From assembly GCA_050014095.1 (NCBI GenBank), contig JBEKDZ010000003.1:215700-279699 (forward strand): 64,000 nucleotides of DNA, in the 5' to 3' direction. Position 1 is the stretch's first letter. Each line of letters begins with the position of its first letter. The notes under the pieces are model-generated. The model searched no databases. It had not been told where the DNA came from and was given only the letters and a program-made list of their open reading frames with translations. Source of the stretch: Dehalococcoidales bacterium (GTDB taxonomy: Bacteria > Chloroflexota > Dehalococcoidia > Dehalococcoidales > RBG-16-60-22). The translations under genes and the position numbers were made by a program. Positions 53,989-62,464 of this stretch are shown in pieces.

Positions 53989-55050
53989 CTAGCCTCCCAG
54001 CAAACTCCCTCCAGAAATCCACCGGACGAGATCCTGATAGGTAATCAGCACCATCAAAGTCAGCAGTATCATAAAGCCCACGGAATGCACAATGCCTTCG
54101 ACTCTCGGGGAGATGCGTTTACCACGCCGTAGCCATTCGACAACGACAAAGAGCATCCGGCTGCCATCAAGCGCCGGGAACGGTATCAACTGGGTAAGGG
54201 CGATAGCGATGCTGATAAAAGCCGTCAGCTCCAGCACCGGGCTGAAGCCGGAATGAGCCACTTCTCCCGCTACTTGCACAATACCGACCGGTCCCGCCGG
54301 TACGAAAGGCACCGCGCCGATAATCATTTCGATGATGCCGTTTTTATACAAAATAAGCGTCTCCCAGACCGAAGTTGCGCCTGCGGGAATCGCTCGCCAG
54401 AACGGCAAACTTCCGCTAACGATATCCGGATTCATCGTCTGGGAGGCTATCCCGATAGACCCCTGCCCTTCCGGGGGCTTCCAGCGGGGCACCAGGTGAA
54501 CTGTTTCGGTGGATAAATCGGCGTGCTTGATATCGAGTGAAATTTCCGTACCCAGATGCAATTGTATAAAGCGGGAAAGGTCACCTACGCTCTCGATGGC
54601 GTTGCCATCACCGCTCAAGATAGTATCGCCGACCTTGATGCCTGCCAGCTCCGCCGGCGAGCCGACGGCAACCTCCTGGATAACCACCTGTCCCTGGACA
54701 ATATCATGAGGGACCATGTAAGCAATAAACATCAGCACAAAGGGTAAAATCAAATTCATCAACATGCCCCCGCCGAGCACCAGCAACCTCACCCAGTACT
54801 TCCGGGCAGCTAAAGCCCGTGGTGCGGCGGGGTCGACTTCTCCGGAAATCTTATTAAAGCCGCCGAAGGGAATCCAGTTAATGGAATAAATCGTGTCCCC
54901 AATCTTTTTACCGTAAAGACGGGGCGGGAAACCGATGCCGAACTCTTCCACCCAGCAGCCCGTGGCTTTAGCCGCGATGAAGTGTCCCAACTCATGAGCG
55001 ATGATAAGCACGGACAGAACGACGATGCCGACGACTATCGTGAGTATCAT
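53989..55050 (-). CDS. rseP: RIP metalloprotease RseP (site-2 protease)
   Basis: HELGHF zinc motif, PDZ segment (GIKVGDTILSGDG), NLIPFPALDG motif. Confidence 0.9.
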   Translation of the reverse strand: MILTIVVGIVVLSVLIIAHELGHFIAAKATGCWVEEFGIGFPPRLYGKKIGDTIYSINWIPFGGFNKISGEVDPAAPRALAARKYWVRLLVLGGGMLMNLILPFVLMFIAYMVPHDIVQGQVVIQEVAVGSPAELAGIKVGDTILSGDGNAIESVGDLSRFIQLHLGTEISLDIKHADLSTETVHLVPRWKPPEGQGSIGIASQTMNPDIVSGSLPFWRAIPAGATSVWETLILYKNGIIEMIIGAVPFVPAGPVGIVQVAGEVAHSGFSPVLELTAFISIAIALTQLIPFPALDGSRMLFVVVEWLRRGKRISPRVEGIVHSVGFMILLTLMVLITYQDLVRWISGGSLLGG

Positions 55051-56201
55051 TATTCATTACCACCGATAATCTTTAATGCCGTTTCCCGCGCCCATTTATC
55101 CGCCGCCTTAATATCATCAAGCGTAGGATGAGAAACACTGCTATGTTTCTCCAGCGTTTTTTCGACGATAATAGGAATATCCGTAAAACGTATTTTCTCC
55201 TGTAAGAAAAGGTCGACGGCCACCTCGTCGGCAGCGCAGAGAACGGCAGGATAGGTACCGCCCCTGTTGCCAGCCTCGATAGCCAGGCGGAGACAGGGGA
55301 ACTTAGTCATATCCGGCTGCTGAAACGTAAGGTCAGCGAAATTAGACCAGTCGAGATTTGGCAATATCGTGTTGGGGAGGCGGTCAGGGTAAGAAAGGGC
55401 GTACTGAATAGGCAAACGCATATCGGGATAGCTCAACTGCGCCTTGACCGAGCCATCGATGAACTCCACCATGGAGTGGACGATGCTTTGCGGGTGGATG
55501 AGCACCGTTACATCCTCCAGCGGCACACTAAAGAGCCAGTGCGCCTCGATAACCTCAAGCCCTTTGTTCATCAAGGTAGCCGAGTCGATGGTGACCTTTT
55601 TGCCCATCTTCCAGGAGGGGTGGGCTAAAGCCTGCATAACGGTAATATTAGCCATCCGCTCAGGCGGATAATCTAGGAAGGGTCCGCCGGATGCTGTAAG
55701 GATAATGCGGCAGGGTGCCTGCTTTTCACCGTTAAGGCACTGCCAGATGGCGCTATGCTCGCTATCAACGGGGTGAATGTGGGCTTTACTTTTTTTCGCG
55801 GTGGCGTTAATGATTTCGCCTGCGGCTACCAGCGACTCTTTATTGGCGAGGGCAATAGTTTTGCCGGCTTTGACCGCCGCTAACACAGCGTCCAAACCTG
55901 CCACACCGGAGGTGGCGATAACCACGATATCCACATCCTGATGAGTCGCCATTTGCTCGAGGGGGAGGTAGCGGGGTCGCAGGAATACCGCACGGTCGGT
56001 ATTCTCGCTGCTATATCCGGCGTAATAAAAGAATTCCGGTTTGAACTCCTGTATCTGTTGCATAAGTAAAGCATGGTTATCGCCGGCAGCTAAGCAAACG
56101 ACTAAGAAACGCTCCGGCATCGCGCGGACAATATCCAGCGTCTGCTGCCCGATCGAGCCCGTGGAGCCCAGTAACGACAGCTTCTTTATCTTGGTCACCA
56201 T
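55050..56201 (-). CDS. dxr: 1-deoxy-D-xylulose 5-phosphate reductoisomerase
   Basis: LLGSTGSIG, LANKESLV, PVDSEHSAI, HPSWKMG. Confidence 0.9.
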   Translation of the reverse strand: MVTKIKKLSLLGSTGSIGQQTLDIVRAMPERFLVVCLAAGDNHALLMQQIQEFKPEFFYYAGYSSENTDRAVFLRPRYLPLEQMATHQDVDIVVIATSGVAGLDAVLAAVKAGKTIALANKESLVAAGEIINATAKKSKAHIHPVDSEHSAIWQCLNGEKQAPCRIILTASGGPFLDYPPERMANITVMQALAHPSWKMGKKVTIDSATLMNKGLEVIEAHWLFSVPLEDVTVLIHPQSIVHSMVEFIDGSVKAQLSYPDMRLPIQYALSYPDRLPNTILPNLDWSNFADLTFQQPDMTKFPCLRLAIEAGNRGGTYPAVLCAADEVAVDLFLQEKIRFTDIPIIVEKTLEKHSSVSHPTLDDIKAADKWARETALKIIGGNE

Positions 56202-56491
56202 AACATCTATAGTTTACAACAAATGATAAACCGAAGCTATCGAGCGTAAAACTAACGCAGTATGACCCGCAGGGAGTCATTAGTTCAAGTCCATTAACGC
56301 CCACCATCGATGCTAGCCGAGGTTTCCTGACCTCGGTAGTGATTCAACTTGACAAAGAGAATCATTTTAATATATACTTTATGTATAGTTCCGGTTTAGG
56401 TTATTATCAACTTCTTAGAATCCCCTTAGATTTTTATCAAGTATTGGATGACCCGAGCTCTAACTAAAATTTTAAGAGAGGAGGCCATCCA

Positions 56492-56680
56492 ATGAGTTTT
56501 CAAGACAAGTCAATCCAGTGTTTAGATTGCAAGACTACCTTCACTTTCACTGCGGGGGAACAAGAATTCTACCAGACTAAAGGTTTTACCAATGAGCCTA
56601 AGCGCTGTTCCTCGTGCCGCCGCATCAACAAAGCACAACGTTCCGATAGTGGCAGCAACAGCTACGCGTCGCGGTATTAA
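56492..56680 (+). CDS. zinc-ribbon domain protein (62 aa)
   Basis: CLDCKTTFTFTAGEQEFYQTKGF...PKRCSSCR pattern of a widespread small CxxC...CxxC family. RBS GAGGAGG. Confidence 0.65.
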   Translation: MSFQDKSIQCLDCKTTFTFTAGEQEFYQTKGFTNEPKRCSSCRRINKAQRSDSGSNSYASRY

Positions 56681-56876
56681 GTCTTCTGCGTATCTATAAC
56701 TAGGTGTCGCCCATAGAATGAAGTTACCTTAAAAGGACAGGCAATATGAATAATTATCTTGTATCGTCTGCCCTCTGGGACTACTAGCAAGACCCTTTAA
56801 AATGATGGCTATATTATCTAAATAAGCCTATCAAGAGACGCCATTTAAATAAATTAGCAAGGAGTGGCCTGCATAA

Positions 56877-57014
56877 ATGAATACGAATAATTTATCAAAA
56901 TCAAGGAAAATATTTATTCGCAGGGAGAAGGCTCGGATTCGCCGGGATGTTTTTGATTTAAAAGAACAGGAGAAATTGATTAGTGGCTTATATTCAATAG
57001 TTCATCAGGCGTAG
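56877..57014 (+). CDS. possible small basic protein (45 aa)
   Basis: Below the track cutoff. MNTNNLSKSRKIFIRREKARIRRDVFDLKEQEKLISGLYSIVHQA. AAGGAG lies 12 nt upstream, which is far. Confidence 0.2.
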   Translation: MNTNNLSKSRKIFIRREKARIRRDVFDLKEQEKLISGLYSIVHQA

Positions 57015-57083
57015 ATACGCTTGGTAAGGCATTTCGATTCAGACAATAAAATTTCCATTACCCAGGAATGAAACGGAGGTATT

Positions 57084-57260
57084 ATGACTTTAGACTCCTT
57101 GTGTGTTCATTGGTGGATGATCGGAGAATACTCGGTAGGTCACTGCAAAAAGTGCGGTGCCACAAGAGATTTTGAAAAACTAAGACAAGAAGAGCAGGCA
57201 CGCAAGAATATTCACAGGGCGAAAATGCATAGTCCAGTCGTCAGTGTTCTCAAATTATAA
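57084..57260 (+). CDS. small Cys/His protein (58 aa), paralog of 57899..58162
   Basis: Below the track cutoff. GGAGGT lies 5 nt upstream. Shares the motif C-x-H-x-W-x-I...G-x-C-K-x-C-G-x-T-[RK]-[DE]-F with the 87-aa ORF. Confidence 0.5.
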   Translation: MTLDSLCVHWWMIGEYSVGHCKKCGATRDFEKLRQEEQARKNIHRAKMHSPVVSVLKL

Positions 57261-57356
57261 TTAGACCGGGTTTTAGGGTCAGGTCACGAGGACCAAATAA
57301 GCCTGGATTGTTTACTTTTATACAAAAGATTGAACTTAACTAGTATCAGAGTATAC

Positions 57357-57881
57357 TTAAACGATAATTTCGGATTTACCCTTTTCACCAGCGCGCAGGA
57401 AGAGAATCGCCGCGATATCACCGGGTTTCAATCCCGCTAAAGCTCTTTCCATATCGTCCGCGCTGTCGATTCTCCCACCATTGATTTCAGTAATAATGTC
57501 CCCGGTTTTTAAACCCGCCTTCTCCCCCAGTAAGCCCGGAGATACCTCCCCGATGATAGCGCCGTGCGTGGGACTCAAACCCATCTGCGGTGCGACGCTA
57601 ACGGCATCGGCGATTTTAATTCCGAAGCGGAGCGGCTGGGAAGGGCGGGCGCCGCCTGATAATAGCTCTTGGATACGGGTACGGTCGAAGCCGATGACAT
57701 CTTGACCGTCAATAACGATAACGGGCACGCCCATCTGCCCGGTGAGGCTAACCATCTCTTCCGCCGCCGCACTATCGCGGGAAACATCGAACTCCTTGAA
57801 CGGTACGCCAAGCTGGCCAAGAAAGCTCTTGGCTTGATAGCAATAGCCTCATGTAGGTGTAGTGTAAATTTTCACGTCCAT
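57357..57881 (-). CDS. glutaredoxin-like domain fused to a PDZ domain, with an in-frame TGA (candidate selenocysteine) at codon 11 in place of the first Cys of CxxC
   Basis: ATG 57881 gives MDVKIYTTPT-TGA-GYCYQAKSFLGQLGVPFKEFDVSRDSAAAEE, in frame (126 nt = 42 codons) with the track ORF 57357..57755. Grx homologs read TPTCPYC at this position. The PDZ region contains GLKTGDIITEINGGRI. Confidence 0.6.
57816..57833 (-). promoter_or_regulatory. SECIS-like hairpin downstream of the in-frame UGA
   Basis: mRNA GCCAAGA-GCUU-UCUUGGC: a perfect 7-bp stem with a 4-nt loop starting with G. The stem begins 15 nt after the UGA (57851..57849). Confidence 0.5.
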
Positions 57882-57898
57882 AGCATCACGTCACCACT

Positions 57899-58162
57899 TC
57901 AGGACTTACTATCTTTATCGATTTCAATGCTCGGCAGCTTCGGCAACCGAAGAGGATTGCCATTTTTCTTTAAAGGATTAAAGGTTGGGAACGCATTAAA
58001 AAACTCTTTAGTTTCACCGCAATATTTGCATGTACCAATACTGCTGGGTCCGTTAGCCACTTCGATTACCCAGAAATGATGGCACGCTTGTTTTTCTGTT
58101 TTTTCTTCAACCATTTCCTTAGTTTTTACTCTCTGTCTCATCACACACCCCCTGTTCTCCAA
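57899..58162 (-). CDS. small Cys/His zinc-ribbon-like protein (87 aa; may start at the internal Met at 58141)
   Basis: ACHHFWVIEVANGPSSIGTCKYCGETKEF. Its stop lies 17 nt before the Grx-PDZ ATG. Confidence 0.55.
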   Translation of the reverse strand: MENRGCVMRQRVKTKEMVEEKTEKQACHHFWVIEVANGPSSIGTCKYCGETKEFFNAFPTFNPLKKNGNPLRLPKLPSIEIDKDSKS

Positions 58163-58327
58163 TCAATATAATTCTAGGTTAAAATAGCATCGCCGTATGC
58201 GACTTTTGTCTTATATAGATAATAACGTGCGAATATGAAGATTTTGTTAATATAAAGTGAAAAGATAAACTTTCAGAGGGAAAACAACAAAAGACAAGAT
58301 AGAATACCCGGGACGAGAAAAACGCGA

Positions 58328-58546
58328 CTATTCGCTATCGTCTTCAAGAACGATTTCAAAGGGGCAGGAGATAGCCCCGGTTGGGCAAACAAGCTCGCAC
58401 ATGGTGCACCAGCCGCATTCGTCGGCTTTGACAACTTTTACCACATTATCCTCCATCGCCAGAGCACCACAGGTACAAATGCTAACACATAAACCACACT
58501 GTTCGCATTTCGCTTCGTCGATTATCGGCACGTCACCCATATTCAT
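58328..58546 (-). CDS. 2x[4Fe-4S] ferredoxin
   Basis: CEQCGLCVSIC and CGWCTMCELVCP cluster motifs, 72 aa. Confidence 0.85.
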   Translation of the reverse strand: MNMGDVPIIDEAKCEQCGLCVSICTCGALAMEDNVVKVVKADECGWCTMCELVCPTGAISCPFEIVLEDDSE

Positions 58547-58602
58547 ATCTCTCCATAATCACATTCTAGTAGGCAAATGGTAAAACGTCTGCGACATTTC
58601 TC

Positions 58603-59265
58603 TCATTCCATAATACCGGCGATTTTCTTTAAAACCGCATAGTTAGTGATAATGATACGGTTACGCTCGACCCTGATAGCCCCCTCTTCCTCCAGGTTTC
58701 TGAAGGACCTACCCACCATCTCTCGCGCGGTGCCTATCATCGCCGCCATCTCCTGCTGCGTCAGACGCGGCCTTTCACCGTTCGCGGCATATTCCAGTAG
58801 TATCTTAGCGACCCTGCCATTGACATGGCGGAAGGAAAGGTCTTCAACCAAACCTACCATCTCCTGCACCCGTAGGGATAGCACCTTAATGATATTCAAG
58901 GCAACCTGCGGATATTCTCTGGAGATATTTTCCAGGTCTTTCTTCTTGATACCGTGAAGAGTGACGGCACTCATCGCCGCTGCGCTGGCCAGATTAATCC
59001 CGCCGAGAGCCGGTACATCATTAAAGGAGTCGCCGGGGCGAATGATACGCAGTATCTGCTCCTTGCCGTCGGCAGAGGTCTTGAAGACTTTTACGACGCC
59101 GGAGATGACGAAATACAGCGCTTCGGTAGGTTCTCCCTCGAAAACTACGATATCGCCCCGCACCGCCTTCTTTTCAAAAACATGACTGTTTATCGAAGCC
59201 AGCACGGACTCGCTCAAGCCGGAGAAATAAGGTATATTTTTTAACGCATCCAGGTTTTCCGTCAT
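58603..59265 (-). CDS. Crp/Fnr family transcriptional regulator
   Basis: cNMP-binding fold (GDIVVFEGEP...LYFVISGVVKV) and a C-terminal HTH (QQEMAAMIGTAREMVGRSFRNLE). Start moved to ATG 59265, giving 220 aa. Confidence 0.85.
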   Translation of the reverse strand: MTENLDALKNIPYFSGLSESVLASINSHVFEKKAVRGDIVVFEGEPTEALYFVISGVVKVFKTSADGKEQILRIIRPGDSFNDVPALGGINLASAAAMSAVTLHGIKKKDLENISREYPQVALNIIKVLSLRVQEMVGLVEDLSFRHVNGRVAKILLEYAANGERPRLTQQEMAAMIGTAREMVGRSFRNLEEEGAIRVERNRIIITNYAVLKKIAGIME

Positions 59266-59401
59266 ATCGAACCTTAAGCCTGCGTCCAGGCAATTTTCTT
59301 CAAGGATTATAACAGCTTGTGGCAGATACAGTAAAGGATGCCAAAATACTGGAATGCGGTTCTCGATCGGCAATAAAAGTGATATAGCTGGTATCGTTCT
59401 G

Positions 59402-60100
59402 TTAGTTTATACTCTGAAAGTAATAGCCTACGCCAGCCTCGGTCAAGATATACCTCGGCACTGATGGATCCGGCTCGATTTTCTGTCGGAGGTGAGAAAT
59501 ATATATCCGCACGTAGTCAATATCGTCAATGTATTCAAAACCCCAAACATGCTCCAGAACCGACTGGTGAGAGACGACACAACCAACATTTTCTAAAAGC
59601 AGGGCTAAAAGCCGAAACTCATGCGGGGTGAGCCTAACTTTTTTGCCACTAACCATGACTCTGTGCTCCGCTACATCTATCGTAAGGATATCATCGGAAA
59701 AATGGACACTCGCTATTTTTTTAATTGGCGGGCTATCAGCGCGCCGCAAGATCGCTTTAACCCTGGCTACAAGTTCCCGGTTACCAATCGGTTTAGAGAG
59801 ATATTCATCAGCTCCGCATTCCAATCCCCGCACAATGTCTGCTTCTGTATTATGTTTGCCGGTAAGCATGATAATTGGTATTTCATCGAAATCACGAATC
59901 AAACGACATGTCTGCCAGCCGTCTATTTCCGGCATCATAACGTCAAGCAGGACAAGGTCAGGCTTTTCTTTGTTGACGATATTTACAGCTTCATGCCCGC
60001 TAGTGGCTTTCAATATCTTATATCCACTAAAAGAAAGAAGCTGGGCAAACATTTTAACCTGGACTGGGTCATCATCAACGACGAGAATGCTTTTAGCCAC
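59402..60100 (-). CDS. OmpR-family response regulator
   Basis: ILVVDDD, LVLLDVMMP, LTGK receiver motifs plus a winged-helix output domain (LTPHEFRLLALL...GVGYYF). Confidence 0.9.
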   Translation of the reverse strand: MAKSILVVDDDPVQVKMFAQLLSFSGYKILKATSGHEAVNIVNKEKPDLVLLDVMMPEIDGWQTCRLIRDFDEIPIIMLTGKHNTEADIVRGLECGADEYLSKPIGNRELVARVKAILRRADSPPIKKIASVHFSDDILTIDVAEHRVMVSGKKVRLTPHEFRLLALLLENVGCVVSHQSVLEHVWGFEYIDDIDYVRIYISHLRQKIEPDPSVPRYILTEAGVGYYFQSIN

Positions 60101-60197
60101 TACGTTATTTCCACCAAGAATTTTTATTTTTTATTATTAAAGTAATATTAATTGAAATTTGATAACTTATTAAATAACACCTATGATATTATGGATT

Positions 60198-60545
60198 TTA
60201 CTTCTTTCCCGATTTAGTTTCCAATTGTTTTAATATGTTGCTTGTTAAGTCATATAGTCGATTGCCGTAGGTTAAAATATTCTGCAATGCCTCACGTTGT
60301 GCCATGTTGATTTTTCCGCTTGCCCCGTCCAGCATTATTTGAGCATAGCCGATAATAACATTTATCGAACCGCGAATATCATGAGCAATTTTATCGAGAT
60401 TGTCCAGGGCATCGTAATCAATTCTCGGGTAGGGATACTCCGATACGGGCATCCGACTATTGCCAGGATTTTCAACTTCAATTTGACTGATATTTTTACG
60501 CACTACGGGGCATATTATATCATCTGTATGGACACCAGACAACAT
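60198..60545 (-). CDS. stand-alone HisKA (DHp) domain protein lacking a catalytic ATPase domain
   Basis: H-box LDKIAHDIRGSINVIIGYAQIML. The ORF ends about 50 aa later, and the 97 nt before the response-regulator gene are AT-rich non-coding. Confidence 0.6.
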   Translation of the reverse strand: MLSGVHTDDIICPVVRKNISQIEVENPGNSRMPVSEYPYPRIDYDALDNLDKIAHDIRGSINVIIGYAQIMLDGASGKINMAQREALQNILTYGNRLYDLTSNILKQLETKSGKK

Positions 60546-60690
60546 AACAATTAAAGCAAACGTTACATAATCGTTATTTCTGTTAAAAAAGTGACGTTTT
60601 TATCGTTTAGTCATTTAAATAATACGTGATAGCCGGCAGGTTGTATTTACATGAAAATTTTGTCTATAATAATTTTAGATAGAGGACAAT

Positions 60691-61464
60691 ATGAGCAAAC
60701 TAATAGATAAACTCCGCAAGCTATCCCAGGCAACGCCCCAGCCGATGGGATTCCGTACCTCTCGACAAGTAGAAGCCAGCTCGAAAATCCTGATTATCGG
60801 CAGGTTAGCATTAAACAGCGCCACCCCACCATTAAAAAGCGACCCCGTCGCCGATGCCGTTCTGGTTCAAATAGATGCATCCAAACCTACGGATAAAGAT
60901 ATCCAAAAGGCTGCAAAATTGCTGGGGGATATTCCCTGGGGGGTCTATCTCGAAGAAAGCGACGGCGATTTGGCAACCTTAATCGAGGCTGGTTGCGATT
61001 TCGTGGTATTTTCACCAGCCAGCCTGGTTCCCGACCTGCCGCAGGATGAGAAAGTGGGAAAAATCCTCCAGGTGGAGTCATCCATGGATGACGGGCTATT
61101 GAGAGCGATTAACGACCTGCCGGCCGATGCCGTGCTGATTAACGATACTTTAGACAACGATACGACGCTGACTGTCCACCGCCTGATGATATACCGTCAC
61201 CTGGCGAATTTCATCGCCAAACCGCTGATAGTGCCCGTGGCAACCAACATTACCGAGGCGGAGCTTAAAGCCCTCCAGGACGCGGAAATCGACGGCGTGA
61301 TGGTAGAGATGGATGGAAAAGACCTGAAAGAGCTGCGTCAGGCTATCAGCAAGCTGCCGGCACGTTCCGCGAGGAAGCGGGATAAAACAGGCGTACTGCT
61401 ACCCCACCTCGGCGGCGAGACTATCCCTACACCCCCTGACGAAGAAGAGGAAGAAGACGAGTAA
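60691..61464 (+). CDS. hypothetical protein with a poly-acidic C-terminal tail
   Basis: 257 aa ending PPDEEEEEDE. No recognised motif. Confidence 0.5.
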   Translation: MSKLIDKLRKLSQATPQPMGFRTSRQVEASSKILIIGRLALNSATPPLKSDPVADAVLVQIDASKPTDKDIQKAAKLLGDIPWGVYLEESDGDLATLIEAGCDFVVFSPASLVPDLPQDEKVGKILQVESSMDDGLLRAINDLPADAVLINDTLDNDTTLTVHRLMIYRHLANFIAKPLIVPVATNITEAELKALQDAEIDGVMVEMDGKDLKELRQAISKLPARSARKRDKTGVLLPHLGGETIPTPPDEEEEEDE

Positions 61465-61475
61465 CTCTCTTTAGT

Positions 61476-62348
61476 CTATTTTACTGTCCCTACCCCACAT
61501 ATAATCGCGATGAATATATGGGGTTTGCGGAATTCCCTATAACGCAGCGGTCGGTGCTTTACACCACTAGAGATAAATAGGGAGCTGGTAGTATTGAACG
61601 TTAATAGCTGCCCGCCGAGATAAAACTCCATCTCACTACCGAGGTCTTCAGGATTAGCCGGGTCGCCGCCGAGGTTGATGATAATTTCATCGGCGTCCTG
61701 ATGTGCCATTTCCTTGATACTTTCAATTCTGGAAGCAGATTGTCCAGTTATCCAGCCATACTCAATATGGTGCTTCACGCCCGGCACCTGTAAGCTGCTC
61801 ATATAGGTCATTGCCGATGCCGCGCCTGCCTCAAATAAAGGACTCCGCACCACGTACCGCTCGTAGTCGTATTCCTTCGTCTTCTTCGGTAAGGCTCCCT
61901 TCTCATCATGGATACCGCTGGTGCCCCAGGCTTCGCCAGCACTGCCGGTGCCGCACATTATCGCCATCTGGAGGTGAGGAAACTGAAATTTTTTCCAGAT
62001 TACCGGACCGTGCGGCGTGCCTTTGGGAATATAAAAAGTGGTCGACGTATTAAAGATAATCGGCTGCCCGCCGACGTAAAACTCCACCTCCCCGCCGAGC
62101 ACCTGCGGCGTCCGGTAATCCCCACCCATGTGCATGACAATCTCATCAAAGTCGTGAACGTGCTCATGGAGGCTGGGGTTAGGGTCGGGGATACCGTATA
62201 TCCAGCCGGGCTCTATATAGTAGTTAGACCCCGGCACCTGCTTGTTGCTCATCATGGTCATGGTGGGACTCTGGCGATTTTTCGTACCGCCGAAGGCTTC
62301 GTAAAGAGGCTTTCTTACCAAGTATTTTTCATAGTCGATTTTAGGCAT
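61476..62348 (-). CDS. hypothetical protein with an internal tandem duplication (cupin-like halves)
   Basis: Both halves share DYE+Y-V+-PL-EA...QVPG...IE-GWI-G...H-D-DEI...GGD...LG-E-EFY-GGQ...FNT...H-P. Confidence 0.5.
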   Translation of the reverse strand: MPKIDYEKYLVRKPLYEAFGGTKNRQSPTMTMMSNKQVPGSNYYIEPGWIYGIPDPNPSLHEHVHDFDEIVMHMGGDYRTPQVLGGEVEFYVGGQPIIFNTSTTFYIPKGTPHGPVIWKKFQFPHLQMAIMCGTGSAGEAWGTSGIHDEKGALPKKTKEYDYERYVVRSPLFEAGAASAMTYMSSLQVPGVKHHIEYGWITGQSASRIESIKEMAHQDADEIIINLGGDPANPEDLGSEMEFYLGGQLLTFNTTSSLFISSGVKHRPLRYREFRKPHIFIAIICGVGTVK

Positions 62349-62464
62349 ATGTCTCTACTCCATTTATGTATTTGTGTTAATCATAGCGGGAGAAAGGTAA
62401 AGTGTCAAAGCGAATATGGGCTGACTTTACAGCTAGTATCTGGTAATAATATAATGCGAAAACA

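Noticed and set aside
56255-56312. A tRNA-like 3' end: AGTTCAAGTCC...ACGCCCACCA resembles a T-loop plus acceptor-CCA. It could also have been tRNA-Sec or tmRNA.
   Set aside because: I could not fold a T stem (ATTAG versus CCATT do not pair). I found no matching 5' acceptor strand and no anticodon arm. At best it is a decayed tRNA or att fragment, which cannot be supported from sequence alone.
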